Positions 25,500 through 37,756 of a stretch of 64,000 nt of DNA are shown one piece after another (within the stretch, counting starts at the first letter, position 1; the number at the start of each line of letters is the position of its first letter). This DNA comes from Rhizaria sp. SCN 62-66 (lineage: Eukaryota): positions 1 to 64,000 of the forward strand of contig MEDY01000257.1 in NCBI GenBank assembly GCA_001724265.1, read 5' to 3'. Both the position numbers and the translations under genes were made by a program. A model generated the notes under the pieces. That model was given only the letters and a program-made list of their open reading frames with translations. It made no database searches and was not told the origin of the DNA.

Positions 25500-28400
25500 A
25501 TGGCCACGCGCGCCGGGTTTGCCGCAGGCGCCCCACTGCGCTCCCACGGCCTTGGCCGCTCGGGTTTTGAGCAACCTAAGCCCGCTGCAGTGGTCAAGGA
25601 CACGTCCGCGAGCGTCGTCTCCATCCCCCTACCTGGCACTGAATCGCTCACCATCGACGTCGCGACTACCCTGCTCAATCGTGTGTCTGCTGATGATGAG
25701 ATCTCTACACTGAGCAAGTCCGCGCGCTCTTTGGCCGCCACTTCCCCGCTCGCGCGCCTCAACTCGCGCAATCCGGGCTCGATCCACACCGCCGCGAGCA
25801 TGCAGTCACTGCTCTTCCACCCCAAGCCCGTGATCCCGTTCCCCAAGGCCATCGTCGACGACATCAAGGCAACGCCTTCGACCACGGGCGCCGTCGTTGC
25901 CGGCCTTCTTCCGGAGATTAACCGCGCGTACATCGCGGTTGAGTCGCGGCTGTATCTATGGGACTACACTCGCGGCGGGTCCGTGTACCTCTTCCACCCC
26001 ACACAGGCTTACGCCGGCGGCGCCGCTGCCTCCGCCGCCGCTGCTGACCCCGTCCTGGCTGTCGCGCTTGTCACCCCGCGCCCGGGTGTGTTCATCGACA
26101 GCATCCGCACGTGCCTCGCCGTCGCGTACAAGTCCTACGTGACCCTGCTTGCCGTGCACTTCGACTCGCCCCCCACAGTCATCCCCTCCGCCAGCGGCAA
26201 TGCTGCCACCGTCTCGGTTGCGCTTGCCGCGCCGTCGACGCTGGGCGAGCTGGACCTCATCGACACCGGGCTCAGCGTCCCTACGGGCGGCGTGCGCGTC
26301 ACCTCGCTGCAGGGCACTGACTGCGGCCGCGTCTTCTACGGCGGCGACGACGGCTGCCTCTACGAGTTCCTCTACGACACGAACACGCTCCCCACCGTTC
26401 CTGGCGCCGGCGCGGGCTCCTCCGCCGCCGCGCAGGGCGTGTCCTCAGTTGCTGAGTCGCTGTCTGCGTTTGCGGGCGCGTTCCTCTGCGGCCGCCAACG
26501 CTGCCGCAAGACGAACCACACCAAGGGCAGCGGCAGCTCGGCCGTGCCCGCCGCGCGCGACACGGGGCTGCTCGCGCGCATCCCGGCGCTCTTCTCCACC
26601 GCCGCGACGCCCACGTCGGTGCTCGCGATGTGCTACGACAACTCGCGCCGCACGCAGCTGCTTACGGTGCTGCTGTCTAACAGCGTGCTGCAACTGTGGT
26701 ATCTGACACCCGACGGCACGCCCAAGCTCGCCTGCGAGCTCGCCGCCAAGGATTACTTCACACAGGTCGCCGCGCGCCTCGGCGGCATCTCCGCGTTCTC
26801 GGCCGCCGCCAGTATTCGCAACGGCGCCGCGACGGGCCGCGGCAGCAGCAGCGGTATCGAGCACGAGTACGAGATTGTCTCGGTCGCCGTCGTGCCCATG
26901 GAGGCCAACCCCGACGTGCACGTCGCCGCGACGACCTCGGGCGGCCACCGCGTGTTCCTCGCCTTCACCACCGTGCCTGGCACAACCGTGTTCGCGCAGG
27001 AGAAGCGCGCGCTCACTGTCATCTACGTGCGGCCCGCAGCGGTCATGCCCTCGCCCGCGCTGCCCGCGCTCGAGAACGCCGGCGCCGACGCCGCAGTCGC
27101 GGTCGCCGGCGGCCTTGCGCCACGCGTTGTGTACACGGCGCTGACAACCCCCGGCGGCGAGGCCTTCATGGCCATGGCGGGCTTCACGTTCCCACCCGTC
27201 GCGCCCGCCAGCGCCACCAGCGACGACGCCGTGTCGGCCTTCGCCACGGCGTCGGCCGCGCGCGTGGTGCGCCCGCCCGCAATCGACCTGGTGCGGCGCA
27301 CGCCCGGCGCGGCGATGCCCGCGACCACGACGCTCATGCTTCTGTCGCCCGACCTGCCCACCGACGCGCGCGGGCTTGTCACCGTCACGGCCGCCGCGGA
27401 CACCTCCGCCGCCGCTGCGGCCGCCGCCAACGGGGGCGCCAGCAGCGGTTCGGCGGCCGCGGCTGCGACCGCGGTTGCCAACGCGTCTGCCTCGGCGGTC
27501 GAGCTGCGTGAGACGGCGGAGTACGTGCACCTGGGCCCCCGCGTCTACGCCATCGCGGAGTTGCCTGCGTCGTACTACCTGTCCTCGCCCGGCCGCTTCC
27601 TGTTTAGCTCTACGCAGTCGATCCCGCTGGCCGGGCTGCACGAGCTGGCCGTGCAGCACGCCGTGCCGCCAAAGCAGTTTGTCGCGCTCACGGGCCGTGG
27701 CGTGCTCTTCTTCGTCAAGGACCGGCCCGTGGACGTTGTCGCCGCCGCGCTCGCGCGGGCTATGGCGCGCTCCCAGCCCGCGCACACGCACCCGGCCGAC
27801 GCGGGCCTGCACAGCAGCACCGCGCTTACCATCGCCGGCGCCGAGGCCGCGGCCGTCGCCGCGCCGTCGCCCGCGTCGCCCACCGCCATCGCGGCCGCGC
27901 TGACGGGGCTACTGGCACAGTACGACGGCTCCGAGGTCGGCGCTATGCTGCTCACCGTCGCCTGCCAGCCGCGCCGAGTGGCCGTTGCCGCCGGCGCCGC
28001 CGCTGCGACCGGGCTGCTCTCGGGCCCCACGCTCGACTCCGCCGTCACGAGCGCCGCTGCCGACGGCGGCGTCGGTGCAATCAACCCCGTCGCCGACGCG
28101 CTCATCCGCATCCCCGCCTCGGCGGACGCTGCGGCGCTGGAGCGCACTGCGGCGATTGCGTTCATCAATCTTAACACCGTTGCTGTCACTGCGGGCACGC
28201 CTAATGTGACGCGCATGACGCCCCGCACGATGGCGCTTGTTCGTCAGGTACGTGAAAACACATTTTACTTGACATGCATCTTGATCGTAAACGTTTTTCC
28301 GCTCTTCTTCTCATCATTAAATACTTGAATTATGTGTTTCTTCTTTCGCTCTAGGTTTCTCGCCTCCTGCGCCCTGTGTGGAACTGGGAGCTTGTTGTCC

Positions 28401-31400
28401 AGCTCACCACTGGCAACAACTCCGCTGCGAACCCGGCCACCAACCTCAGCACTCAGGCTCTCGCAGCTGGCGCCTTCTCTGCCCCGTCCTCGGCCTCCGC
28501 ATCTGCCTCCTCATCGGCTGCGGGCGAGGACGAGGACGTGATGTTCCGTCTCCGCTACCGTGGCGCGCACCTGGAGGCCATCCGCGCGCCCCTGGTCACG
28601 CTGGCCAAGTTCATCGACCTCAACTGGTCCCGCGTCGCCTCGCTCGACATCGCGTCTATGGCGCCCTACATGGCGGCCCAGCTGCCCGCCGGCGTCGACG
28701 TCGCGGCCGTCGTTGCCGCGCTCGTCAACGGCGCCGACGCCGACGCTGCGGGCGCTGGCGCCTCCGCGGGCGAGCAGCAACGCGGCGCGTTCGGCGGCGC
28801 GCAGCAGGGCCAGGGGCCGCAGGGCCAGCAAGGTTCCGTCGAGGACTCGATGAGCGCCTTCTTCGGCACCAGCACTGACGGCACTGGCGCGAATGCGGTT
28901 ACTGGCGCCGCCGCTGCCGGTGCCGCTGCTGCTGCTGCCCGTGGCGACTTGTACTCGTACGGCGCCGCGAGCTCCAACACTGCGTACAACATCACGCAGC
29001 AGATGCAGCGCCAGCAGCACCAGAATGCGCTCGCGCTGCTCGTCGAGCTGTGCCGCACTCAGGCCGCGCGCGAGCTCGCGCTGCTGGTCCAGCTCCGCTC
29101 CACGCTGCGGCTCGCCATCCAGGCGCTCACGGTTACTATCGCCTTCGCCAAGGTCGCCGTTGGGCTCGCCACGGCCAACCCCGCGTTCGTGTCGGCCGCG
29201 CTCAGCCGCTCTACGCGCTTCGCGCGCGCCGCCAACGTGTCTTCCGCGTCGCTGGCGTGGGACTACGCGTTCGACCGCCTGCCGGACCGGCTCTGCAAGC
29301 AACTCACGTCGCTGCGGTTCAAGGATCTCGTCACTGCGACGCACGGCCGCGCAGCGCTGCGCCAGCTGGCGTGGCGCGTCGCGTCGATGGTGCAGGTCGA
29401 CAGCGTCACCACGGGGCTCTCGCTCACGCCCTTCCTCGACGCTGGGCTCGCCAGTGCTGCGGGTGGCAACATCAACGATGTCGAGTTCGAGGACATGCTG
29501 GCACGCGAATGCCCCGCCTTCTTCCCCGCCGTCGACCACTGGATGGTCAAGGCGCAGCGCCTCATTGCCATCGCATCGCAACCGCAGCTTCCAGCGCTGT
29601 CGCTGCAGACCGCGGCCGTGGCGTCTGCGACGGCGGCGCTGGGTGCGGCGCACCTGCCGGTCAAGCACGCGCACCGCGGCAGGCTTGTTGACGCCGCTGT
29701 TGCGCTGTTCATCAAGATTTGCGCTACGGAGGAGTGCGACATCCGCGGCATCATCGATATTCTCGTCGGCGGAAGCTTCTATGAGGCCGCTGCCGAGGTG
29801 CTGGTCGCGCGCGCTGACATGCTGAGCCGCCTTTCCGCGTCGCCACAGGGAATGATAATGCGCGAGGGCTGCTGCCGCGTGCCCGGCGAGCTCACCAACG
29901 CGCTGGCCACGGTCGAGGCGCAGCAGCAGTGGCTGCAGCGTGCGCAGCGCGCCGTACAGGTTGCCGTGCAGGGGATCATCGAGGACCTCCTGAGCAGCTC
30001 CGTCGCGCCGTCGAGCGCGGGCGCCGTCGCTGCGTTCGCGGCCGCGGCGGCGAGCGCGACGCGCAGTGGCGCTGCGCCTGCCACTGTCGACGGCCAACTG
30101 TCGCAGGAGCAGTGCCAGGTCCACTACGAGGCTGCGATGCGCGTGTTGTTGCGGTGCACGATCCGCCTGATCCACGACGCCGTGTACTCGTTCCTGCTCG
30201 ATGAGGCCAGTGAGGAGAATAACTACCACCAGGCGCTGCTTGTCATCAAGCACCCTGCACTCGCCGAGTTCCTCTGGTGCCAGGTACGACTTCATCAAAT
30301 TACCGCGCTGTTTTAATGATTGTTAATTTCTCGAAGAATTGGATTATCTAACGTTTTATATCAAAATGTTTGCTCATTTTTGCATTGTGTCCGTTTGTGT
30401 TTGCTTTTCTCTTTTAGGGTGAGCTTGACCTGCTCAAGGACTACTTTGTCGGTCATGGTATGCATGAGAAGGCTGTTGGTCTCTTGATCAAGATGGCTCT
30501 CGATGTCCCCAGCGAGACCGCTGTTGACACGTACCTCAACGAGTGCGACGACTGGGAGGACGGCGCGCTGCGCCACGCGCGCAAGCGCTCGCGCCATGCG
30601 AAGAACTCCAGCAACAGTCACCGTCGCTCTCGCGACAGCGGCGACGACTTCGAGGACGGCAGCGTCAGCGACAGTGACAGCGATACGGTGAGTCTCGACA
30701 GCGCGTCCCCGCGCCACTCGTCGTCTCGCACCGGCTCGGTGGCCTCCCGCACCAAGACCGCGGCCTCGACCAAGGGTGACGTCACTGGCGCCGGCATTTA
30801 CTACGATGACACCGACGAGGTTGCATCGATGTACTCCAACCCTCACGACGCCAACAACGCGAGCACCTCCTCCGCACGTCTGTACGCCGCTGCCCGCGCA
30901 CGTGCGCGTCTGGCGTCGTCGCAAGCGCGCCAGAAGGCTCACTTGGGTCTCTCAGGTCCCAAGGTCCGGGTGTACACGCTCACTGAGCGTCAATCGCTAC
31001 TGTCTAAGGCACTCTCATGCGCGCAGATGACCGTGATGCGTCTGCAGTCCGGTGTCGCCGCCGACGCCGCCGCTGCCGCTGCCACCGCTGTGTCTGGCTC
31101 CGCGGGCGCGCTCAAGTCCGAATCTCTCGGCGACCTAATTCTGCAGCTGCGCGAGCGGCTGGAGGTGGCCAAGATGCAGTCTGCAATGCTCACGCGCGTC
31201 GAGGCCACGCTCATGACCACGCTCGAACGCTTCGCCGCCGCCGGCGGTCTGTCCGACGACGATGAGGAGATCGAGAACAACGATGAGGACGTCGATGCCG
31301 AGAGCGGCGCTGGCAGCCGCTCGAGTCCCGTCTTCGGCGGCCGCGCACCCGCTCTCGTGGACCGCGCGCGCCGGCTGCAGGGCGAGGCGACTCGTCTCCG

Positions 31401-32073
31401 CGCCGCGCGCCGCGTGCTGCTGACCCGTCTGCTGTCAATGGACCCCGACCTGTACCGCATTGCCGCTGACTGCGGCATGTGGGACGTCTGCCTCCAGATT
31501 TTCTACCACGTCCGCGAGGACCGCCTGGTGGAACACATTGAGCAGCTGTGGGGCAACGTCGTGCGCGCCGAGATCGCCAAGGCGCAGGAGACCAACAGCG
31601 ACTGGGAGGAGCCCACGGCCGAGAAGGTCGTCGCGCTCTTGCGCGAGTTTGCCAACGCGTCCGCGCTGTGCCCCATCCGGTACCTGATCCAGACGCTCGA
31701 GCGACTGCGGTTTGACTACGGCCGCCCCGACCCGCTTGTGCGCGGCTTCATCGTCGAGACAATGCTGGCTGCGAACGTGGGCGTCGACACGCTTTGCTTC
31801 ACGTACACCGAGCTCCTCGAGGCACAGGCGCAAGCGCCGCTGCCGGAGCTTGTGCTGCTGTGCTGGAGTGTGGTCGCGGTGCTGAAGCACGTTGTTGTCG
31901 TCATTCGTCAAGAGACGGAGGCTATGGCGACGTCCAAGCGCGCGGCGTACTTGCGCGGTGTGGCGGCGTCGCTGCTGCAGATATGCCCCATGGCCAAGCT
32001 GCAGACAAGCGCCGGCGCGCGGCCGGTGCTTGAACAGCTCGCCATGCTCGAGCGCACGCTCGCTGTTATTTAA
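25500..32073 (+). CDS. NUP155: Nucleoporin Nup155/Nup170; exons 25500..28247, 28355..30283, 30418..32073
   Basis: GLLPEINRAYIAVESRLYLWDY, VALVTPRPGVF, GRVFYGGDDGCLYEFLY, CRKTNHT, ELAVQH...FVALT, VSRLLRPVWN (formed after intron 1), LRFKDLV, TLTERQSLLSKA, LEVAKMQ, IEQLW. TAA stop. Confidence 0.92.
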
Positions 32074-32472
32074 GATCACACAAAGTCAGATCACAAGCGC
32101 TTGACTTGAAGTTTTCGGTAGCATTCCCAAAACTCAAAACATGCGAGAAATTGTTGTCACATTTACTTGTGTATTGTATTATTTTCATTCATAGAAGATG
32201 GTATAATGGGTATTAAGCTAAGTAAAACGCGTTGTTGTTTGTTAATTATGCTTTGTGAACAAGGCGTGGCATCATCAGTATGAATAGCTCTGATAGACCT
32301 ATAAGAGATCGGTACGACGGATCATTGAGCGATGTAGAAAATTCTGGTAGAGAGTGAAACCAAAAGGACATAATATTATTAAACTATTAAAAGACGTGTC
32401 GCATAAGAGCAGCACGTGTAATACAAACCCTTCACAATTGTTTACGATGAAACATTCGAGTGCCATGAGCGA

Positions 32473-35093
32473 TTAGTACGCGGCCTCATCATCAATAGAT
32501 GCTACGAAATCCGCGTCGGCGTTTGCATCAGCGTCCTGCTCGGGTACATTCTCTGCAATGTCTCTGGAACTGTCACTCTTGCTCTTGCTCGCAAGACGAC
32601 CGATCTCAGTCTTAGGACTATTCGCAGCAGATGCGGCAATCTCGTCGTCAACCTCGTCGTCATCATCACCCGTCTTGGTGTGAATCTTGGTGTCAGCGTC
32701 GAAATCCTTTCTAAGCGCTCGACTCTTGGCCTCCACAGCGCCATCCTCATCAGCACCAGCGTCGGCGTCGGCGTCAGCAGCGGAAGCAACAGCGCCAGTG
32801 TCAGCAGCGGCACTGTCACGACGCACCTTGCTCTCGCCCGCGGCGCCACGCGGCTTCGACTGACCGCGGCCCCTGCCGCGGCGGGCCTTGTTCTGCTGTT
32901 GCTGCTGCGACTCCGGGTTCACGATCGCCTCGACGAACTGCTCATATTCAACGTCGCCGTTCTGGAGCACCTTGCGGCACGCCTTCTCTTGCTCGTGCGC
33001 AGCCAGCTGGCTCTCGAGCGCTTGGAGCTTCTGCGCAATGCTCTCCATGCGCAGCTTGCTGGACAGACGCACGAGCTCCAACACGTGGTCGACGGGGTAT
33101 TGTGCCTGAGAACCACTCGGACCAGCGCTACCACTCGCCGCAGGCTTCGAGTTGGCGTTGGCGTTTGCACTGGCTGGGGCACTGGCGTTGCCGTTGGGCA
33201 GACGCAGTGGCGGCTTCCCAGTGGTCTTCCACTGCGAGGTAGTGATAGGGAGTTTGCTGCCCTTGTTTTGTTTGGCCACGCGCGCCGCCTCCGCGTCCTT
33301 ACTCCGCGCGGCCTCCTCCATCGCGCCCGCCTCGGCCAGCAGCCGCGCCGCCTCTGCGTTGGCCTTCTCGCGCGCGTCGTACAACGGCCGCGCGTTCTCG
33401 CGGGCGCGCACGCGGCGCGGGGACTCCTGCCTGGGCCCGCTGTTCTGCTGCTGCTGGTGCTGCAGCTTGAGGTAGTCCACGGGGGGCTTCTTGCGCTCCG
33501 TCTGGTCGCGGATCGCCTTCTCGTGCGCCGCGCGGTTGCGCTTGATCAGTTCGACCTCGGCCTTGGTCATGTGCTTCGCGCCCTCGGTTACGAGCTTGCC
33601 AGCGAGCGACACGTCGCGCTGCATCGCGCGCCGCTGCTGCGCGCCCTCGTTCTGCTTCGCCGCAATCTCTTCGCGCTTGCGCGCCTCGCGCAGCCGCGCC
33701 TGCTCAGCCTGCTGCGCCTTGGTAAGGTCGGGCGCAGGCACGGGCACCTGGAGGCTGTACTCGCGCGCGCGCAAAGACGGCTCGCGCTTGCGTTCGTTCG
33801 CAGTCTCAAGCTCCACAGCCTTGATGCGCTGCTCCGTGCGCACCGCGATGAGCGAGTTGGACTGCGGCACCTGGGAGGGACGCCACTTGGTGGACGCGGG
33901 GACGCGGGGACGCTGCGGCTGCTGGGGCTGGCTGTTGCCTTCGCCGTGCATGTCCTGGTGAGAGGTTTCGGTGATAAACGTGTTCCTGCCGCTGCCATCA
34001 TCGCCCTCGCCGTTGTCCCCGTTGATGTTGTGGTCATCGCCGTCGACGGTTCTCGTGCCCACAAAGCCAGAGTTGTTGCTGTTGGGTCCGTTGTGGGTGC
34101 CGGCGACGGGGATCGGGTTGTTGTCCGCGTCAAAGCGCGTCCGCACGATGCCGTAAATCTCCATCTCCCTGGCCTCGATGCGCTTGCGCTGCAGCTCGAG
34201 CTCGCGGCGGCGCAGCGCGTCGAGCGCGTTGCGCTCGTGTTCCGCCACGGCCACGGGGTCGAACTTGTTGCGGAGCTGCTCCTCGCGCCGCGCCTCAAGC
34301 TCGCGCCGCTTCTGCTCCTCCTCCTGCTCCTCTTGCGCGCGCCGCCGCTGCTCCATCTGCATGTAGCGCGGGATTTCGGCGTTCTTCTCCGACACCCACT
34401 GCGCGGCGGCAGCGCGGAGGTGCGCCTCGCGGTCGCGCTGCTCCTGAACCGCGGCCAGCCGCTGGTGCGAGGCGCGGATCTTCTCCTCCTGGGCATCGCG
34501 CAGCCGTTGCTCCTGCATCGCGCGCGAGTCTTCGCTCGAGCGCCGCATGTCATCCTCCAGCGCCCGCAGCCGCGCGGCCTCGGCGGCCTCGGTCTCGCGG
34601 CGGTGCGTCTCGGCGTCGAGGCGCACCTGCGCCATGCGCCGCGCCAGGTCGCGCGCCGTCGCCACTGCCTCCTCGTCAACGGCCGCGCCCACAGACAGCG
34701 TCGCGCCCGCGGGGGACAGCGCCGCGCCGGGCGCCGCGTGGCCGCGGTTGCGCGACGGGGACCGCGATGGGCGGCCGCTGGGGCCGTGGTCGTCACCGTC
34801 GCCACCCTCTGCGGCGCCGTCCTTGCTGAGCGTGGATATGGCGCGCGTCACTGTGTCGAACTTCTTGGCGCGCGCACGCACGGCGGCGGCCTCTTCGGCT
34901 TTGCGCGGCGAGTCGTCCGTGTGCGCCACCAGCGCGTTGAGCCGCGCGATGTCCGCCGACGTGCGGTACCGCCGCGGGGAGATGCGCGGCGACTGAGTCT
35001 TGCCATTCGCGCTCGTGTTGACCTCAGCGTCAGCGGGAGCAGGGACGCTATCCGCGGCCGCGGTCTTACTGTCGTCGCCGTTGTTGTTGTTGT

Positions 35094-35124
<31 letters not shown>

Positions 35125-35958
35125 CGCGTCTGCGAAGAGCGAGGCCGGCAGCGCGGTGGGCGCGCGGATGCGGCCGCGGTGGTGCGGCGCGGGCGACTTG
35201 TTCGCAGCGGCACCAGCGGGCGCGGGGGAGAGCGGCGGGGCGGGCACGTGCACAGAGCCGCTGACGCCCACCTTGACGGCACCGTTCGGGCCCACGTTGG
35301 CGGACAAAGACACAGAGGATGAGGCGGAGGCGGAGGCGGAGGCAGGCTCGGGGGCGGAGACGGCATTGTCGCCAGTGTTCGCGTTGTTGACACTGTTGCG
35401 GCTGCTCGTGTCCTGGCCCTTGTTGGTGCTCTTTTTGCCCTTCTTGCGCGTCTCTGTGACCTCAGCGTTGGCGTCTGTAGCAGTATTGTTATTGGCAATG
35501 TTGGTGCTATTGGAGTTCTGAGTGTCGTTGTTGTTATTATTGTTATCATCAGCGGTAGAGGCGGGAGCGTCCGCAGCAGCGTTCTTGCCCTTCTTAGTGG
35601 TCTTGCGCTTGCCCTTGGCCCGCGTCGGCGACGCGTCAGCCCCGTTGTCAGCGTTAGCATCGCCATCGTTGTCGGCAGCAACAAAGACTGCGGCATCGGC
35701 AGCGACACCCGCGTCAGCATTAGCGTCTGTGGACGGAGCCACAGGCTCCTTTGATACCTTCCTCTTGTTTTTGCGACTCGCCTTCTTGTTTGAAGAGTGC
35801 GCTTCTGCGTTCCCGGCGTCAGCGTCAGCGGATGAGCCGTCTGCAGCCGAAGCAGAGTCGTGCATGTGGTCAGAGCCGGGGCCGCCGTAGTGGCCGTCAT
35901 CGAACGAATTACCAGCAGCGGCCGCGGAGGCAGCCTTGGTGGAAGACTTCTTGGTCAT
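32473..35958 (-). CDS. Hypothetical protein with a central charged coiled coil and low-complexity termini
   Basis: ORF of about 1160 aa from MTKKSS with an E/R/Q-rich helical core (IPRYMQMEQRRRAQEEQEEEQKRRELEARR; PPVDYLK). The exact start is uncertain. TAA stop. Confidence 0.75.
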
Positions 35959-36827
35959 AACCGCGGAGATGGTGCGCAGAGCAATAAGCTTGGCTGAGCG
36001 TGGCGCGGAAGATGTTCTGTGATACGGTGGGAGGTGCTCTGTGGTCGAGGACACGGGAGACAAATGCATGTAGCGAAGGCCAATGTGAGTCAATAGCCGG
36101 AATAATCAATAATCTACCAGATAAGTTTGCGGCTCGTATGAACATTTGTCTACCACTGCGTTACAAGGATAACAACTGGTCTATAGTATCCGTTTCTGAG
36201 AGAGCATCTGCAAATCCAGGCACAAGTCAAAAGCACTCGCGTGTAGACGAATACAGCATGCATGATGGTGCAGCAATAATAAGCTAGTATAGCCACATGC
36301 TCAAAACAATCGATAACTTCGTGGCTCACCTATAATATGTTCTCCGGTAGCACAGTAAGCTGACAACATCCAACCTCGCATGCCTCATCGAAAACCACCA
36401 CGAGTGCGGTGGAAAAAAATCGTGACGATCGGAAGGTGTCAAATTATATCGAGATATACCCCGAAACATCCGTACAAGGCTCTGTGGCTGTAGCTGGTGC
36501 TATGACATTATGAGCTTATTCTTCATAATCTTTTACAATCCATCCTTCACTTATGTACCGCGTTCGTGGTCTTGCTGAGATCAAGGCGCTCTCGCAACGA
36601 CGATGACACGTCTCTCCTCCTCTGCGATCACCACCAAGATCGACGACGCGTTTGCACTACCTACCCAGTGTGCCATTTATGCACAACGGGTGTTGTCTTA
36701 TTCGGTCAGCTGTATTAATCTGTCTTGAACCTATATGTAACTCCTGTCCAAGCCATATCCTTTTCTTACCCCAACAAACCTTCTCCTCTGTTCCTATCAT
36801 CTTACATCGCCACGCCCAGTCGTCATT

Positions 36828-37421
36828 ATGTCCTCTGCTGCCGCCAAGGATCTCGGCAAGGGTTCTCACGAGACCGCGCTGCTGAAGGCCAACGTCACGG
36901 ACCAGCTGAACCGTCTGCTGACGCAGCTGGAGGACCTGGAGGAGCTCAAGGAGGAGCTCGCCGAGGAGGAGTACACCGAGGAGCGCGAGGAGACCATGGC
37001 GCAGCTCCGCGACTTCCAGGCCTTCCTGGACCAGATGCTCGCGGGCAACATGACTCTTGTCGACGAGCTCGGTGCCGCACAGCAGGCCATCCAGGCCGCG
37101 ATCGCGCAGGCCGTCAAGTCCTCCGACGCGGCCGGTCACTTCGCCAACAAGTCGGCCTCGCAGCTGCGCTCGCGGCTCGCGATCCTGCAGCGCGACCTCT
37201 CGCTCAAGGCCATCTCGCAGGACGTGTACAACCGGCAGGCGGCCGAGGCGGTGCTGCAGCTGCGCCAGATGGGCGAGAAGCTCTCGCTGGCCGAGGAGGA
37301 GGTTCTGGCGCGCATCGGCGCGCTGCGCCACCTCGAGGCCGCTGGCGAGACCGAGGCCGGCGCGGGCGCCATTATGTCCAGCGCCAGCGCGGGCATCAAG
37401 TCCGCCGAGCGCAAGGCGTAA
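36828..37421 (+). CDS. LZIC: LZIC (leucine zipper and ICAT-homologous domain protein)
   Basis: ETALLKANVTDQLNRLLTQLEDLEE...EEYTEEREETMAQLRDF...GNMTLVDEL...AIQAAI...FANK...LRSRL...LRQMGEKL. TAA stop. Confidence 0.92.
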   Translation: MSSAAAKDLGKGSHETALLKANVTDQLNRLLTQLEDLEELKEELAEEEYTEEREETMAQLRDFQAFLDQMLAGNMTLVDELGAAQQAIQAAIAQAVKSSDAAGHFANKSASQLRSRLAILQRDLSLKAISQDVYNRQAAEAVLQLRQMGEKLSLAEEEVLARIGALRHLEAAGETEAGAGAIMSSASAGIKSAERKA

Positions 37422-37756
37422 GGCGCGCGCATGCACATGTACGAGCCGTGCCTCTAGATCGTAGCTGTTGCTGTAGACGTATTAAGAAGTAAACCATGTC
37501 CTATGCGTGGTTGTGTTATGTAGTCATATTATCAATCAATCAACTTATCAATCAATAAACAAAACAATTCAATCTCAACGTGCGGTGTTGATTAACTGTA
37601 ATATTTTGTATTGATGTACAGCTTACAAAGAAATAAAAACGATAAACTCAACAAGATGCACGGCCCTGAAACTCACCGTGTAACCAAACAGAAGAACAAG
37701 CGCTGCACTCATTCACACACGCACTTGCATCAACGTACATCAAACCGTTTTCCGCC